Origin: Acidimicrobiales bacterium
GTDB lineage: Bacteria; Actinomycetota; Acidimicrobiia; Acidimicrobiales; Bog-793
Assembly: GCA_049523315.1 (NCBI GenBank)
Contig: JBEKMZ010000007.1
Coordinates: 18,383 to 82,382, forward strand
Length of the DNA: 64,000 bases
Direction of reading: 5' to 3'
The translations under genes were made by a program, and so were the position numbers. The number at the start of each line of letters is the position of its first letter. The first letter of the stretch is position 1. Shown here one piece after another: positions 10,006-20,418 of this stretch. A model generated the notes under the pieces. That model did no database searches, was not told the DNA's origin, and saw only the letters and a program-made list of their open reading frames with translations.

Positions 10006-10962
10006 CTACCGCCTCTCTCTCTGGAGCCTGGCCGCAATGAGGCGGCTCCCAAGGTTAATGATGAGAACGATCACTACCAACGACAAGGCGATCCCCCACG
10101 TCTCCTCCCGGAGGGAAGTGTAGGGGGAAGTCGCCGACTGGAAGATCTGCAACGGCATCGAGGCCATCTCGTGGCGCGGGTCCCACTCCATAATGTTGGA
10201 GGCCCCGATGACCCAAAGGATCGGAGCCGTCTCGCCCACCGCCCGAGAAAGTGCGAGCAGCACGGCGGTGATGAGACCGGGCAGCGCCGTCGGGATCACC
10301 ACCTTGCGTGCCACGACTCCGTTGCGGGCGCCGAGGGCTAAGGCGCCCTCGCGAATGGTGAAAGGAACGCTGCGAAGGGCGTTCTCGGAGGCCTTGATTA
10401 TGATCGGGATCATAAGGATGCCGATCGCGAAGCTCCCGGCGAGGCCGGAAAAGCCTATGCCTGGCAGCGCTATGCCCCACTCGTGGAACCCGACGACGAG
10501 CATCTGGTAGGCGAATATGCCGAGCAGAATCGAGGGAAGTCCGGTCATGATCTCGGCGGTCATCCGCAACGAGTTCGCGAATCTCGAGCTCGACTCGGCC
10601 AGGAACAGGCCCGTCACGATCCCGACCGGGATCGCGAAGATCGCCGCGATCCCGTCGATGACGAGAGACCCAATCAGCGCGTTGGAGATCCCGCCGACGG
10701 CGTTCGGGTCTAACAGCGAGGGGAACTGCGGGATCTTTGTGAAAAAGTCGATGCTCCACCAGTGGATGCCCTTTTGCACGAGCGAGAACAAGATCGCGAA
10801 CAGCGGCACGAGGGCGATCAAGAACGCGAGCCCGCAGGACCCGATGATCAGCCTCGACACGAGCATGCGCCGGTTCAGCGTCTTGTGCGCTACGCGCTGG
10901 ATCAGCTCGCGGCGCTCGAGCATGGGGTCCTGCGGGATCCCTTCGATCAAGGTCGCGGTCAT
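10006..10962 (-). CDS. pstA: phosphate ABC transporter permease PstA
   Basis: Trimmed to the ATG at 10962, which overlaps the pstC stop (ATGA). It is a polytopic permease with an EAA-like loop (EGALALGA). Confidence 0.9.
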   Translation of the reverse strand: MTATLIEGIPQDPMLERRELIQRVAHKTLNRRMLVSRLIIGSCGLAFLIALVPLFAILFSLVQKGIHWWSIDFFTKIPQFPSLLDPNAVGGISNALIGSLVIDGIAAIFAIPVGIVTGLFLAESSSRFANSLRMTAEIMTGLPSILLGIFAYQMLVVGFHEWGIALPGIGFSGLAGSFAIGILMIPIIIKASENALRSVPFTIREGALALGARNGVVARKVVIPTALPGLITAVLLALSRAVGETAPILWVIGASNIMEWDPRHEMASMPLQIFQSATSPYTSLREETWGIALSLVVIVLIINLGSRLIAARLQRERR

Positions 10963-11912
10963 ATGAAGTTCGCCCGAACCGCGGAACGCCGGATGAGCCG
11001 GCGCCCGAACCAGTTGACGATCGCTGTGAGCACCATCAGGATCACCGCGAGGGCACCGAGGGCGGCGACCTGCAGCGGCGTCGCGTCCTGGAACTGGAGG
11101 GCGATCGTGGAGGCGAGGGTGGAGGCCGTCGAGAAGAGCGAATGCGGGAACAACGGGTTCAAGCCGATGACCAGCGCGACCGCCACGGTCTCGCCGAGGG
11201 CGCGTGCTGTCGCCAGCGTCACGGCGCCGACGATGCCGGTCTTCGCGGCGGGGAGAACGACCTTTCTGAGCACCTGCCACTTCGTCGCGCCGACGCTGAG
11301 GGCACCTTCGAACTGCTCACGGGGAACGATGGCAATCGCGTCTCTCGACAGCGCCACGATCATGGGAAGGATCATCACGAACAGCACGCAACCCGCGAGT
11401 AGCACCCCGACGCCCTCGTAAGGGGGCTGGAAGGGGAAGTGATGGCCCGTCAGGTCGGCCAAGTTGGGCTGCACGGTGTTCTCGAACCACGGGGCGAGCA
11501 CCAAAAGGCCCCAGAGCCCGTAGACGACGCTCGGGACCGCCGCTAACAGCTCGACCAGTGACGAGGCGATGACCCGGAGCCTGGCCGGCAGAAGGTGCAC
11601 TATCGCCAGCGCGGACCCAAGGCCGATCGGGATCGCAAAGACGAGGGCGATGGCGGTCGTGAGCAGGGTACCCGCGATGATTGGCAGCGCCCCGAACGAG
11701 TCGGTCCCCTGGCTCCAGGTCCTTCCGTAAAGGAGCGCGAAACCCGAGTGGCGCCACGCCGGAAGCGACGAGACGATGACGCTTATGAGGAAGACCGCGC
11801 AGATGAGCGCGAAAACGCCGGAGACGCCGTAAAGGACGCTCCAGTGCGCCAAGTCGCTCTTGACCGAGAAGCTCTTCGGCTTCCCGGTCAAGAGCGTGTC
11901 TGGCACTTCCAT
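10959..11912 (-). CDS. pstC: phosphate ABC transporter permease PstC
   Basis: 317-aa polytopic permease (EGALSVGATKWQ loop), positioned between pstS and pstA. Confidence 0.9.
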   Translation of the reverse strand: MEVPDTLLTGKPKSFSVKSDLAHWSVLYGVSGVFALICAVFLISVIVSSLPAWRHSGFALLYGRTWSQGTDSFGALPIIAGTLLTTAIALVFAIPIGLGSALAIVHLLPARLRVIASSLVELLAAVPSVVYGLWGLLVLAPWFENTVQPNLADLTGHHFPFQPPYEGVGVLLAGCVLFVMILPMIVALSRDAIAIVPREQFEGALSVGATKWQVLRKVVLPAAKTGIVGAVTLATARALGETVAVALVIGLNPLFPHSLFSTASTLASTIALQFQDATPLQVAALGALAVILMVLTAIVNWFGRRLIRRSAVRANFI

Positions 11913-11972
11913 AGAGGGGGTGGTCGTACCGATTGCTCAGCCGCCTTCTCGCTCAGCTGCCGCGATTTGGCT

Positions 11973-13175
11973 CTACCAGCCGTTGGTGGTCAGCAGCACC
12001 TTGCCGTTGTAGGTGCACTGAAACAGCGTGGTCCGTGCCAACGCCTGGACGTTGGTCGGGAGCGGGACGTAGCCCTGCAGGGCGGCGACGTCTTGTCCCG
12101 CGGTGATCCCGTCAATTGAACCCGAGTGCGAGAGCCAGTCGAGGTATTTAACGAGCAGGGTCCCCTCGGCCAGGCTGGTGGTCTGGTTCTTCCAGATGAT
12201 CGCCCAGGTGTAGCCGGCGATCGGGTAGGTCTCGGCGCCCGGCGCGTAGACGATCGAGAAAGCGGTGGAGGAGATGTCCGGCTTGGAGGCCGCCGCCAGG
12301 GCGATGCCGTTAATCGAAGGCACTATGGCCTTGCCCGCCTTGTTGATGATCGCCGCCACGCCCTTGAGCAGGCCCGGGTTCAAGAGCAGGTAGGAGAACT
12401 CCACATAACCAATTGAGTCCGGGGTGTTCTCGATGTCGGCCGCGACACCCGCGTTGCCGTTGCCGGCGATGCCGTCAGTGGGCAGCGCCAAAGGCGTCTT
12501 CGAGGCGAGGGTCGTCCATATGCTCGGAGCAGCCGCGTGCAGGAAGTTCGTGAATATGTACGTCGTGCCCGACGAGTCGCCACGAGCGACGACGATGATC
12601 TTTACGTGCGGCAGCTTGACCTTCTTGTTGAGAACCTGGATCGAATAGGCGTTCCAGTACGAGATCCTGCCCAGGTAGATGTTCGCGAGCACCGCCGCGC
12701 TCAAGTTGAGCGTCTTTACCTTGAGGGTCGGGATGTTGAACGGGATTGCCACACCGCCGAGGCCGATCGGAATCTGCAGGAAGTCCGACAGGGTATAGCC
12801 GGCTCCGGAGGGCTGGTTCTTGTTGATGTCACGCTGCAGCATCGGGACGTCAGAGCCGCCCCAGTCGACCAGCTTCTTGATGATGTCCGCCTCGCCGGTG
12901 CCTGAGCCGACCGCCTGGTAGCCGTTGATCGTGGCGTTCGGGTCGCGCGAGGTGTACAGCGTCTGGGCGGCGTTCTCGAGCGGCGCTGCGAATGTGGACC
13001 CCGCGCCCCCGATTGTCGCCGGGGTGTTTAGCCGCGTGTCGGCCGAGAGGAAGGGGTCCTTGCTGCGCGTCGTGGCGCCGGCGTTCGGCAGCACCGACAC
13101 GGCTGCCAGTGAGATCGCCGAGAGCACGACCGCTGTGGTCCCGAGCACAAGCCGGACGGTCCTGTTCATCTTCAT
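11973..13175 (-). CDS. pstS: phosphate-binding protein PstS
   Basis: Has an N-terminal signal/anchor and GGAGSTFAAP and SSGTTYIFT motifs. It is the first gene of pstSCAB. Confidence 0.9.
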   Translation of the reverse strand: MKMNRTVRLVLGTTAVVLSAISLAAVSVLPNAGATTRSKDPFLSADTRLNTPATIGGAGSTFAAPLENAAQTLYTSRDPNATINGYQAVGSGTGEADIIKKLVDWGGSDVPMLQRDINKNQPSGAGYTLSDFLQIPIGLGGVAIPFNIPTLKVKTLNLSAAVLANIYLGRISYWNAYSIQVLNKKVKLPHVKIIVVARGDSSGTTYIFTNFLHAAAPSIWTTLASKTPLALPTDGIAGNGNAGVAADIENTPDSIGYVEFSYLLLNPGLLKGVAAIINKAGKAIVPSINGIALAAASKPDISSTAFSIVYAPGAETYPIAGYTWAIIWKNQTTSLAEGTLLVKYLDWLSHSGSIDGITAGQDVAALQGYVPLPTNVQALARTTLFQCTYNGKVLLTTNGW

Positions 13176-13295
13176 TTGGGTCGTTACCTCCGTGCAGTCC
13201 TAGTAGTTGGTGTCTGCCTTGTCCGCCGGCGTCACACGGCCTCGCCCCGCGACGCGGTCGAGGCCGCTGCGTCCGTTTGATATGACCGTACGATG

Positions 13296-13350
13296 ACCAA
13301 GTGAACTGACGGTGTCTTCGCCATTCCCGGATGGTGAACTCTGGGTAAAC
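13296..13350 (-). promoter_or_regulatory. PHO-box-like 11-nt phased direct repeats upstream of pstS
   Basis: The minus strand reads GTTTACCCAGA GTTCACCATCC GGGAATGGCGA AGACACCGTCA GTTCACTTGGT, placing GTTCAC cores at 11-nt phase 121-175 nt upstream of the pstS ATG. Confidence 0.5.
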
Positions 13351-13415
13351 ATTCGACCCTAAAACGTCGCCTGAGCCGCCTCAGCCCCGCGAATCGGTCC
13401 CGCTAGAGTGACACC

Positions 13416-14201
13416 ATGAGGATCCTCGTCACCGGGGCTGGTTCCGGCGTCGGCAAGGCCGCCTCGGCGCTGCTCGCGGCCCGGGGGCACGAGGTCATCG
13501 CGACCGCCCGCGACCTCGCCGCACTCGAAGATCTCGATGTCGCGGCCCGCCTCCGCCTCGATGTCACCGATGCCGCCTCGATCGAGGCGCTGCTCGCGGA
13601 GCTCGGCTTCGTCGACGGCCTCGTGAACAACGCCGCTGTCGCCTTCGACGGGCCGGTCGAGCACCTGGCAATGGACCACGTCCGCCAGATGTTCGAGACC
13701 AATGTCTACGGGCCGGTCCGCCTGATCCAGGCCTTCGTGCCCGGCATGCGCGAGCGCCGGGCGGGGGTCGTGGTGAACATCTCCTCGGTAGCCGGACGCG
13801 TCGCCCAGCCCCTCGACGGCTACTACTCAGCCACCAAGCACGCCCTCGAGGCGATCTCCGAGGCGCTGTACGTCGAGCTCGCCCATTTCGGAGTCCGCGT
13901 CGTCATCATCGAGCCAGGTTTCATCGCCCCGAGCATGAAGGTGCACCGCTCGGGCGGGGTGCCGCCCGCCTACGACGAGCTCGACGCCCAGCTCGCCGAG
14001 CTCGCGAGCAAGATGCGGTCCGGGTCGCGCCCTGGTCCCGAAATCGTGGCCGAAGCCATCGCTGATGCCATCGACGGTTCCGAGGGGCCGTTGCGGCGGC
14101 GCGTCGGCGACGACGCGAACCTGATCCTCTCCGCGCGCAGCAGTCTCGGGGACGAGGAGTTCGAGACGGCCATGCGCGAGGTCGTAGGTCTCACCTGGTG
14201 A
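13416..14201 (+). CDS. short-chain dehydrogenase/reductase
   Basis: TGAGSGVG (TGxxxGxG), NNAA, and the catalytic YSATK (YxxxK). Confidence 0.85.
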   Translation: MRILVTGAGSGVGKAASALLAARGHEVIATARDLAALEDLDVAARLRLDVTDAASIEALLAELGFVDGLVNNAAVAFDGPVEHLAMDHVRQMFETNVYGPVRLIQAFVPGMRERRAGVVVNISSVAGRVAQPLDGYYSATKHALEAISEALYVELAHFGVRVVIIEPGFIAPSMKVHRSGGVPPAYDELDAQLAELASKMRSGSRPGPEIVAEAIADAIDGSEGPLRRRVGDDANLILSARSSLGDEEFETAMREVVGLTW

Positions 14202-14208
14202 CGAAGAA

Positions 14209-14973
14209 GTGATAAAGGCCACCAAGGCGGACCCCACAACCCGGTCGCGGGGCGTCTCGTTCGACCCATCCGGCCCCTTGCCGCAGGGCAAGGACAAACA
14301 AGTGCTCGTCCGGTCCATGTTCGACTCGATCGCACCACGCTACGACCTCGTCAACGGGCTCATGACATTCGGACTCGACGCCCCCTGGCGGCGGCGGACT
14401 ATCGCTCTCTTGCAGCTCTCCCCCGGCTCTGTCGTGCTCGATGTCGGTTGTGGGACGGGCGACCTCGCCCGCAGCTTGCGCGCGAAGGGCCAGCACAGCG
14501 TGGGGATCGATCTCTCCTTCGGGATGCTGAGAGCCGCCCGCGCGGGCGGCGCTCCTCTCGTCCAGGCCGACGCGGTCGCCCTCCCCTTCCCCACTGCGGC
14601 CGCCGACGGCGTCGTGAGCGGTTTCGCGGTCCGCAACTTCGCCGACCTGCGAGGGGTCCTTTGCGAGCTGGGACGTGTCCTGCGCCCGGGCGGGAGGCTG
14701 GCGCTTCTCGAGGTGGGCGAGCCGCCGAGCCCGCTCCTGCGGCTCGGCCACCGGGTCTGGTTCTCCCACGTGGTGCCGCTGCTCGGGGCGATGTTGTCCG
14801 ACGGCGCCGCATACCGCTACCTGCCCCGCTCGATTGCGTACCTCCCCTCGTTCCCCGAGTTCGCCGCCATGCTCACTGATGCCGGATTCGACGACGTCAG
14901 GCACCACCCTTTGAGCGGATGCATCGCACAGTGCGTCACTGCTACACGGTCGATCGAGAAAGGCGCGCCTTGA
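14209..14973 (+). CDS. menG: demethylmenaquinone methyltransferase (UbiE/MenG family)
   Basis: MFDSIAPRYDLVNGLMTFG, the SAM motif VLDVGCGTGDL, and GGRLALLE. Confidence 0.85.
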   Translation: MIKATKADPTTRSRGVSFDPSGPLPQGKDKQVLVRSMFDSIAPRYDLVNGLMTFGLDAPWRRRTIALLQLSPGSVVLDVGCGTGDLARSLRAKGQHSVGIDLSFGMLRAARAGGAPLVQADAVALPFPTAAADGVVSGFAVRNFADLRGVLCELGRVLRPGGRLALLEVGEPPSPLLRLGHRVWFSHVVPLLGAMLSDGAAYRYLPRSIAYLPSFPEFAAMLTDAGFDDVRHHPLSGCIAQCVTATRSIEKGAP

Positions 14974-16292
14974 GCCGGCCCACGACAGGCCTGTGCTACG
15001 GCACCTGTGCGGTGGAGGCGGACCTCTTCGCCCGCTTGCGAGTGCGTGCGCACGAGACCGGGCGGGTCATCGAGCGCGACGGGCTTGTCGTCCTCGGCTT
15101 CGCGACAGCTGCCGAGCTCAGGCTCCCGGGCGGTCTCGCGGACCCGTCCAACCTCGAGCACGCCCTCGCGGACCTGGCCTTGATCCCTCCCGCCGGCACC
15201 GAGCGCGGCTTCGGGAGGGCGGCCGGTCGCGACGACCCCCAACCGGTGCCGCTAGCGCTCGGGGCGCTTCCTTTCGACCGCCGCGCTGACGGCGTCCTCG
15301 TCGTCCCGGAGCTGACCATCGTCTCCAGAGCCGGCCGAGAGGACCTGGCCACGGTCGTCGGGCCGCCGGCTCGGGTGGGCGAGCTGATTGGGCAGCTCTC
15401 GACGGGGACCTTCGAGGCGGCGACCCTCGAGGCGGCGACCCCCGAAAACAGGCACGCACCGCCTGACGAGTTCAGGCTCGCGTCAGCCAGGCCCCACCAC
15501 GACTTCTTGAACCGGGTCGGCGCCGCGCTGGCAGAGATCGCGAGCGGGCGGCTCGACAAGGTCGTGCTCGCCCGCGAGGTGACGGTTCATGCCAACCGGC
15601 CTTTTCGCCAGTCCGATCTCGTCGGCCGCCTGCGGGCGCTGCACCCGTCGTGCACCACCTTCGCCATCGACGGTTTTATTGGGGCGTCGCCCGAGCTCCT
15701 CATCCGGCGCAGCGGCGAACGCATCGCATCCCAGCCCCTCGCCGGGACTGCAGCCCGAAGTGGCGACCCGGACTCGGACCGCAGAGCCGAGGCGGCACTC
15801 CTCGCCTCCGCCAAGGAGCGCGCCGAGCACAGGGTCGTCGTCGACACGATCGCGGCTGGCCTCGCGCCGCTCGTCGAGCATCTCGAGGTGCCCGACGAGC
15901 CGGTGATCTTCGAGCTGCGCAACGTGAGCCATCTCGGGACGTCAATGACCGGCACCCTTTCCGAACGCGAGGGCGGCTACCCGAGCTGTCTCGATCTCGT
16001 CGGCCTGCTCCATCCCACTCCTGCGGTGGCTGGCACCCCTGTCGACCTAGCCCTCGACTACCTGGCCAAGCTCGAGGAGATAGACCGCGACCGCTACGCC
16101 GGTCCCGTCGGCTGGGTCGATGCCAGGGGCGACGGGGAGTGGCATCTCGGGATCCGCTCGGCAATCGTCTCGGGAAGCTCGGCGAGGCTCTTCGCCGGAG
16201 TCGGTATCGTCGCCGACTCGGACCCGGCCGCTGAGCTGGCCGAGACCCAGCTCAAACTTCAGGCGTTCTTGGCCGCTGCCGTGCGTCCCTGA
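14919..16292 (+). CDS. menF: isochorismate synthase
   Basis: Chorismate-binding blocks GASPELLIRR, SHLGTSMTGTL, LHPTPAVAGTP, RYAGPVGW and IRSA. The first ~18 codons overlap menG, so the true start may be slightly downstream. Confidence 0.85.
   Translation: MHRTVRHCYTVDRERRALSRPTTGLCYGTCAVEADLFARLRVRAHETGRVIERDGLVVLGFATAAELRLPGGLADPSNLEHALADLALIPPAGTERGFGRAAGRDDPQPVPLALGALPFDRRADGVLVVPELTIVSRAGREDLATVVGPPARVGELIGQLSTGTFEAATLEAATPENRHAPPDEFRLASARPHHDFLNRVGAALAEIASGRLDKVVLAREVTVHANRPFRQSDLVGRLRALHPSCTTFAIDGFIGASPELLIRRSGERIASQPLAGTAARSGDPDSDRRAEAALLASAKERAEHRVVVDTIAAGLAPLVEHLEVPDEPVIFELRNVSHLGTSMTGTLSEREGGYPSCLDLVGLLHPTPAVAGTPVDLALDYLAKLEEIDRDRYAGPVGWVDARGDGEWHLGIRSAIVSGSSARLFAGVGIVADSDPAAELAETQLKLQAFLAAAVRP
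15408..15437 (+). repeat. in-frame 15-nt tandem duplication inside menF
   Basis: ACCTTCGAGGCGGCG followed by ACCCTCGAGGCGGCG (14/15 identical), encoding TFEAA-TLEAA. Confidence 0.8.
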
Positions 16293-17136
16293 GGCCAGAG
16301 GCGAGCCCGGAGTAACGGCGCACGATCTCAGCGAGCTTCTCCGGCTGCTCGAAGGGGATCAGGTGGCCGCCGGGCACGACGATGAGCTCTGCATCCGGCA
16401 CGAGCCCTGCGAGCGAGCGCGCCGCCGAGGGAGGCACGATGCGGTCCGACGCCCCCGTGACCACGGCCGTCGGGACGCTGATACGACCGAGCAGGCGCTC
16501 GAGCTCGGGCGTCTCGGCCAAAAGCGCTCGCTGCTCGACGAGGAAGCTCCGCCGCGACCTGCCGATCATCGGGCGGCCGTCGCTCCCGATCGCCGCCTGC
16601 AAGGTCGGCAGCACCGCCACTTTCTTTGCGACTCGGGCATCGGGGTGGCGCTGCGAATAGCGCCTCGCGGTGATCAGGCCACGACGGATCGTGGCGACTC
16701 CCGCGCGCAAGATGCCGCTCCCCACCATCGGGACGACGAGAAGGCGGTCGAAGCCGGACAGCGCCCCGGCCACCCCGACCGATCCGATGAGCACCAGCGC
16801 CCCGACACGCTCGGGGTGCTTCAAGGCGAGCTCTAGGGCGATGCCGCCGCCGAGGGAGTGGCCAACGACAGTCAGACGGCTCGGCGCGTCGAGGCCTACG
16901 AGCAGCTCCTCGAGTGCGTCGGCGTTCGCCGCCATCCCCATCGCGGGGCGGGGGTCCGACCCCCAGCCGGGCCGGTCTGGTGCCAGTACGCGGTGGTCGG
17001 ACGACAACAAGCGAGCGAGTGCGACCCAGTCACCGCCCGCCCCCGGCTGTCCGTGGACGAGGACGACGACCCGGCCCTCACCGTAATCAACAGGCGCGCC
17101 CGAGGTCCCGTCGTCGCGACCGCGGCCGTCGCTCAC
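16252..17136 (-). CDS. alpha/beta hydrolase (MenH-like role possible but unproven)
   Basis: Trimmed to the GTG at 17136, which overlaps the ppm1 stop (GTGA). HG oxyanion motif LVHGQPG and nucleophile elbow GHSLGG. Confidence 0.75.
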   Translation of the reverse strand: MSDGRGRDDGTSGAPVDYGEGRVVVLVHGQPGAGGDWVALARLLSSDHRVLAPDRPGWGSDPRPAMGMAANADALEELLVGLDAPSRLTVVGHSLGGGIALELALKHPERVGALVLIGSVGVAGALSGFDRLLVVPMVGSGILRAGVATIRRGLITARRYSQRHPDARVAKKVAVLPTLQAAIGSDGRPMIGRSRRSFLVEQRALLAETPELERLLGRISVPTAVVTGASDRIVPPSAARSLAGLVPDAELIVVPGGHLIPFEQPEKLAEIVRRYSGLASGLRDARQRPRTPEV

Positions 17137-17900
17137 CGAGACGAAGAGCCGGCGGCGGAGGCACCCGCAACCTTGCGCAGGTGACGGAGCTGGTCGAGGG
17201 CTCGCGACAGGCCCCACCATGTGACTAGGCCTAAGGCTTCCACGACGGTGTAGGTGGACATCTTCGAGGTGCCGAGCTCCCTGTCCACGAAACGGATCGG
17301 TACCTCTTTGATCCTCGCCCCTGCCTTGATCGCCCGGTAGGTCATCTCGATCTGGAAGCCGTAGCTCTCGGCCCGGACCGTGCGGAGATCGATGCGGCCG
17401 AGGACCGAGGCGGCATAGGCCCTGTAGCCAGCAGTGGAGTCGCGCACGCCGAGGCCCAAGAGGAGGTCCGCATAGATGTTCCCGCCCCGCGACAGCATTC
17501 GGCGGGGAAGGCTCCAGTTCGGTATCGAGCCGCCAGGTATGTAGCGCGACCCTATGCAGACCTCGTATCCCTCCGCGAGCGGGGCAACGATGCGGGGAAG
17601 GGCGTCGGGATCGTGCGAGAAGTCAGAGTCCATCTCGACAAAGGCGTCGTAGCCCCGTTCGAGGCCCCATGCGAAACCGTCCCGATAGGCGCTGCCGAGG
17701 CCCAGCTTTGCCGGGCGGGACAGCACCTCCACATTGCCGGATCGCTCACCCACGTCAGCGGCGATCTTGGCCGTTCCGTCTGGGCTGCCGTCATCGACGA
17801 CCAGGATCGACGCGTCGGGGAGCGCCTCACGGACGCGTTCGAGGACAGCCTCGATTGTGGCAGCTTCGTTGAAGGTAGGTAGCACAACCAGGACGCGCAC
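17133..17900 (-). CDS. ppm1: polyprenol monophosphomannose synthase (GT2)
   Basis: VVLPTFNEA, VVDDGSPDGT, MDSDFSHDP and STAGYRAY are typical of Dpm1/Ppm1-type GT2 enzymes. Confidence 0.85.
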   Translation of the reverse strand: MRVLVVLPTFNEAATIEAVLERVREALPDASILVVDDGSPDGTAKIAADVGERSGNVEVLSRPAKLGLGSAYRDGFAWGLERGYDAFVEMDSDFSHDPDALPRIVAPLAEGYEVCIGSRYIPGGSIPNWSLPRRMLSRGGNIYADLLLGLGVRDSTAGYRAYAASVLGRIDLRTVRAESYGFQIEMTYRAIKAGARIKEVPIRFVDRELGTSKMSTYTVVEALGLVTWWGLSRALDQLRHLRKVAGASAAGSSSR

Positions 17901-17966
17901 CTCTTCAGCCTAGGGCCTAACCGACAAACGCGGGCCGGCGGGCCCCGAGGCTGTGTCGCCCGCAGC

Positions 17967-19109
17967 TCAGGAGGCGGCGGTCGCGCTCGCGTCGGCGGGC
18001 TGCTCCGAGTGGTGCTCGGACCACAGGTCCCTCGCCAGCACCTGGATCGCGCTCGCAGTGGGAACGGCGAGAAGCGCCCCGACAAGGCCGCCGAAGGTCG
18101 AGCCGACGAGGCCGCCCAGCTCCACGCCCACGAGGATTGCCAGCAGCACCCAGAGGGGGTTCAATCGCACCGTCCGGCTCATCACGACCGGGTTGAGGAT
18201 GTGGTTCTCGATCTGCTGGTAGATGAGGAACGCGGCAAGTGTCACCACGCCTGCCGGCAACGAGTGCAGCAGGGCCACCGCGACGGTCGGGACGCCGGCG
18301 AGAAGTCCTCCGACGAGGGGGAGGAAGTCGACGACACCCACCCAGATCGCGAGCACTCCGGCATACGGCACGTCGGTCAGGCGGAGGGTGACGAAGATCA
18401 CGATTCCGGCGATGAAAGAAGTGGCGAGGTTTCCCAGCATGTAGCCCGCTACGGCCTGGCCGACATCGTCGAGCATCTTGCGGACACGGGCGGAACGCTC
18501 AGGCCGCATCCAGGCGAGGACGCCGCGGACCATGCGTGGCATCTCGAGGAGAATGAAAAAGGTCAGTACGCCGAGGGTCGCGAGCGCGACGACCCCGCTC
18601 ACGACTGTCTTGCCTATGGCCAGAGCGGGACGGCCGAGGCCGGTGATCAAAGTCTCGAGGCGCGGGACGTTTTTTTGCACGTAGCTCTCGAGATGAAGGC
18701 GCTTCACAAGGTGCCCGATCTGACCCTTGCCGTGCTGGGCCTGGCGGACGAGAGTCGGCAGCTCCTTGGCGAAGCTCGTTGCGGACGTGTAGACGGGGTG
18801 GACGAGCAGGTAGCCCACGGCCACGGCCACCGCGGCCGAGAGAAAGAACACGATCGTCGTCGCGAGGGCTCGGCGTACCCCGCGGCGCTCGACGAAGCTG
18901 ACGACGGGGTGCAAGAGCGCGGCCAGGAACAACGACACGATTACGAGCAAGACGACGATCCTTATCCGCCACAACAGCGCCAAGGCGATGCCGGTTAAGA
19001 CGACGACCCCCGTTGCGATCATGGCGATCCGGGCGACGCGTAGGTCGTAGGCGCGTTGGGTCCCTACAGGATCGAGGTGTGGGTGCCCAGTCTGGTCGGC
19101 CATCGCCAC
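17967..19109 (-). CDS. AI-2E family transporter (PerM/UPF0118)
   Basis: 380-aa polytopic protein with YQQIENHILNPVVMSRTVRLNP and LLAVP motifs. Confidence 0.85.
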   Translation of the reverse strand: MAMADQTGHPHLDPVGTQRAYDLRVARIAMIATGVVVLTGIALALLWRIRIVVLLVIVSLFLAALLHPVVSFVERRGVRRALATTIVFFLSAAVAVAVGYLLVHPVYTSATSFAKELPTLVRQAQHGKGQIGHLVKRLHLESYVQKNVPRLETLITGLGRPALAIGKTVVSGVVALATLGVLTFFILLEMPRMVRGVLAWMRPERSARVRKMLDDVGQAVAGYMLGNLATSFIAGIVIFVTLRLTDVPYAGVLAIWVGVVDFLPLVGGLLAGVPTVAVALLHSLPAGVVTLAAFLIYQQIENHILNPVVMSRTVRLNPLWVLLAILVGVELGGLVGSTFGGLVGALLAVPTASAIQVLARDLWSEHHSEQPADASATAAS

Positions 19110-19250
19110 AAGTCAACTCCACGCGCGCCTTGCGAAGGGTGATCCCGGGGAGCCGACAGGGCCGCCGCGAGCCGGATCGGAGCGGCGTTCTCGGGCAAGG
19201 AAGATCGAAACGCCCGAGGTTCTCCCACGCGCCCTGTCGCGCCTGCAAGC

Positions 19251-20366
19251 ATGGACGAGATGGCCGACCCGCCCGAGCTCGACGGCCCGAGCGCCAGCGT
19301 GAGCGCGCCGCGGCGCCGGCGCAGACTGCTCGGATGGATACCCGGCCCTCTCCGCCACGGGATAACCCTCTTCGTCCTCCTCGTGGTCGCGGAATACGTC
19401 CTCATTCCGAGCTTCTTGCACTCAAAGGCGCGCTCGTCGCTGAGCCAGCTGAGCCGCGTCAACATCGTCTGGCTGCTCGTTGGGATCGCCCTCGAGGCCG
19501 CCGCCCTCGCCGCCTACGGGCGCCTCACCAAGTCGGTGCTGCCCGAGGACGCTCCCCCCTTCTCCAAGGTGCTGCGCATCGACCTTTCCACGCTTGCGGT
19601 GAGCCACGTCATCCCCGGCGGGACCGCTGGCGGCACCGGCCTCGGTTACCGGCTGCTCACCTCGAACGGGGTAAATGGCGCAGATGCCGGGTTCGCACTC
19701 GCGACCCAGGGGATCGGCTCGGCCGTGGTCCTCAACGCCATGCTCTGGATAGCGCTCGTTGTCTCCATCCCCCTTCACGGTTTCAACAGCGCCTATGTCA
19801 CAGTCGCCGTCGTCGGCGTCGTGCTGCTCGCGAGCTTCGCCGCGCTCGTGCTGGCCTTCACCCGGGGCGAGGCCCATGCCTCGCGGGCCTTGCGGGCACT
19901 GGCAAGACGCGTCCCCTGGGTCACCGAGGAACAGATGGAGACCCTCGTCCAACGCCTTGCCAACCGCTTGAGGACGCTGGGCTCGAATCGCCACCTGCTC
20001 AGGCAAGCGGTCTCCTGGGCGGCCGCGAACTGGCTCTTCGACGCCGCCTCGCTCTGGGCGTTCGTCGCCGCCTACGGGCACATAACAAGGCCCATCGACC
20101 TCTTCGTCGCCTATGGCGTCGCGAACGTGCTCGCGGCGGTGCCGCTCACTCCGGGCGGCCTCGGCATCGTCGAGGCGGTGGCGGCGACGTCCTTGAGCGG
20201 CTTCGGTGTCCCTGCGGCCGATGCCTGGCTGGGCGTCATCTCCTGGCGCCTTTTCAACTTCTGGCTCCCGATCCCGATCGGCGCCGGTGCCTACCTCTCC
20301 CTGCGGGTGCGACGCGGCGCTGGCCTGAAAGAGCGCCGCGACGCCCTCGGGGGCATGACCCGCTAG
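19251..20366 (+). CDS. UPF0104 / lysyl-PG-synthase-TM-like (flippase-like) membrane protein
   Basis: 371-aa polytopic protein with PGGLGIVEA and a general YbhN-like layout. Confidence 0.65.
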   Translation: MDEMADPPELDGPSASVSAPRRRRRLLGWIPGPLRHGITLFVLLVVAEYVLIPSFLHSKARSSLSQLSRVNIVWLLVGIALEAAALAAYGRLTKSVLPEDAPPFSKVLRIDLSTLAVSHVIPGGTAGGTGLGYRLLTSNGVNGADAGFALATQGIGSAVVLNAMLWIALVVSIPLHGFNSAYVTVAVVGVVLLASFAALVLAFTRGEAHASRALRALARRVPWVTEEQMETLVQRLANRLRTLGSNRHLLRQAVSWAAANWLFDAASLWAFVAAYGHITRPIDLFVAYGVANVLAAVPLTPGGLGIVEAVAATSLSGFGVPAADAWLGVISWRLFNFWLPIPIGAGAYLSLRVRRGAGLKERRDALGGMTR

Positions 20367-20387
20367 CGCGGGTCCCGGTCACGCGGA

Positions 20388-20413
20388 GCGAGCCTGCCAA
20401 CCGGCGGGCTCGC
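20388..20413. terminator. hairpin between convergent genes
   Basis: GCGAGCC-N12-GGCTCGC lies between the stop of the UPF0104 gene and the ppx stop. Confidence 0.3.
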
Positions 20414-20418
20414 ACCGC

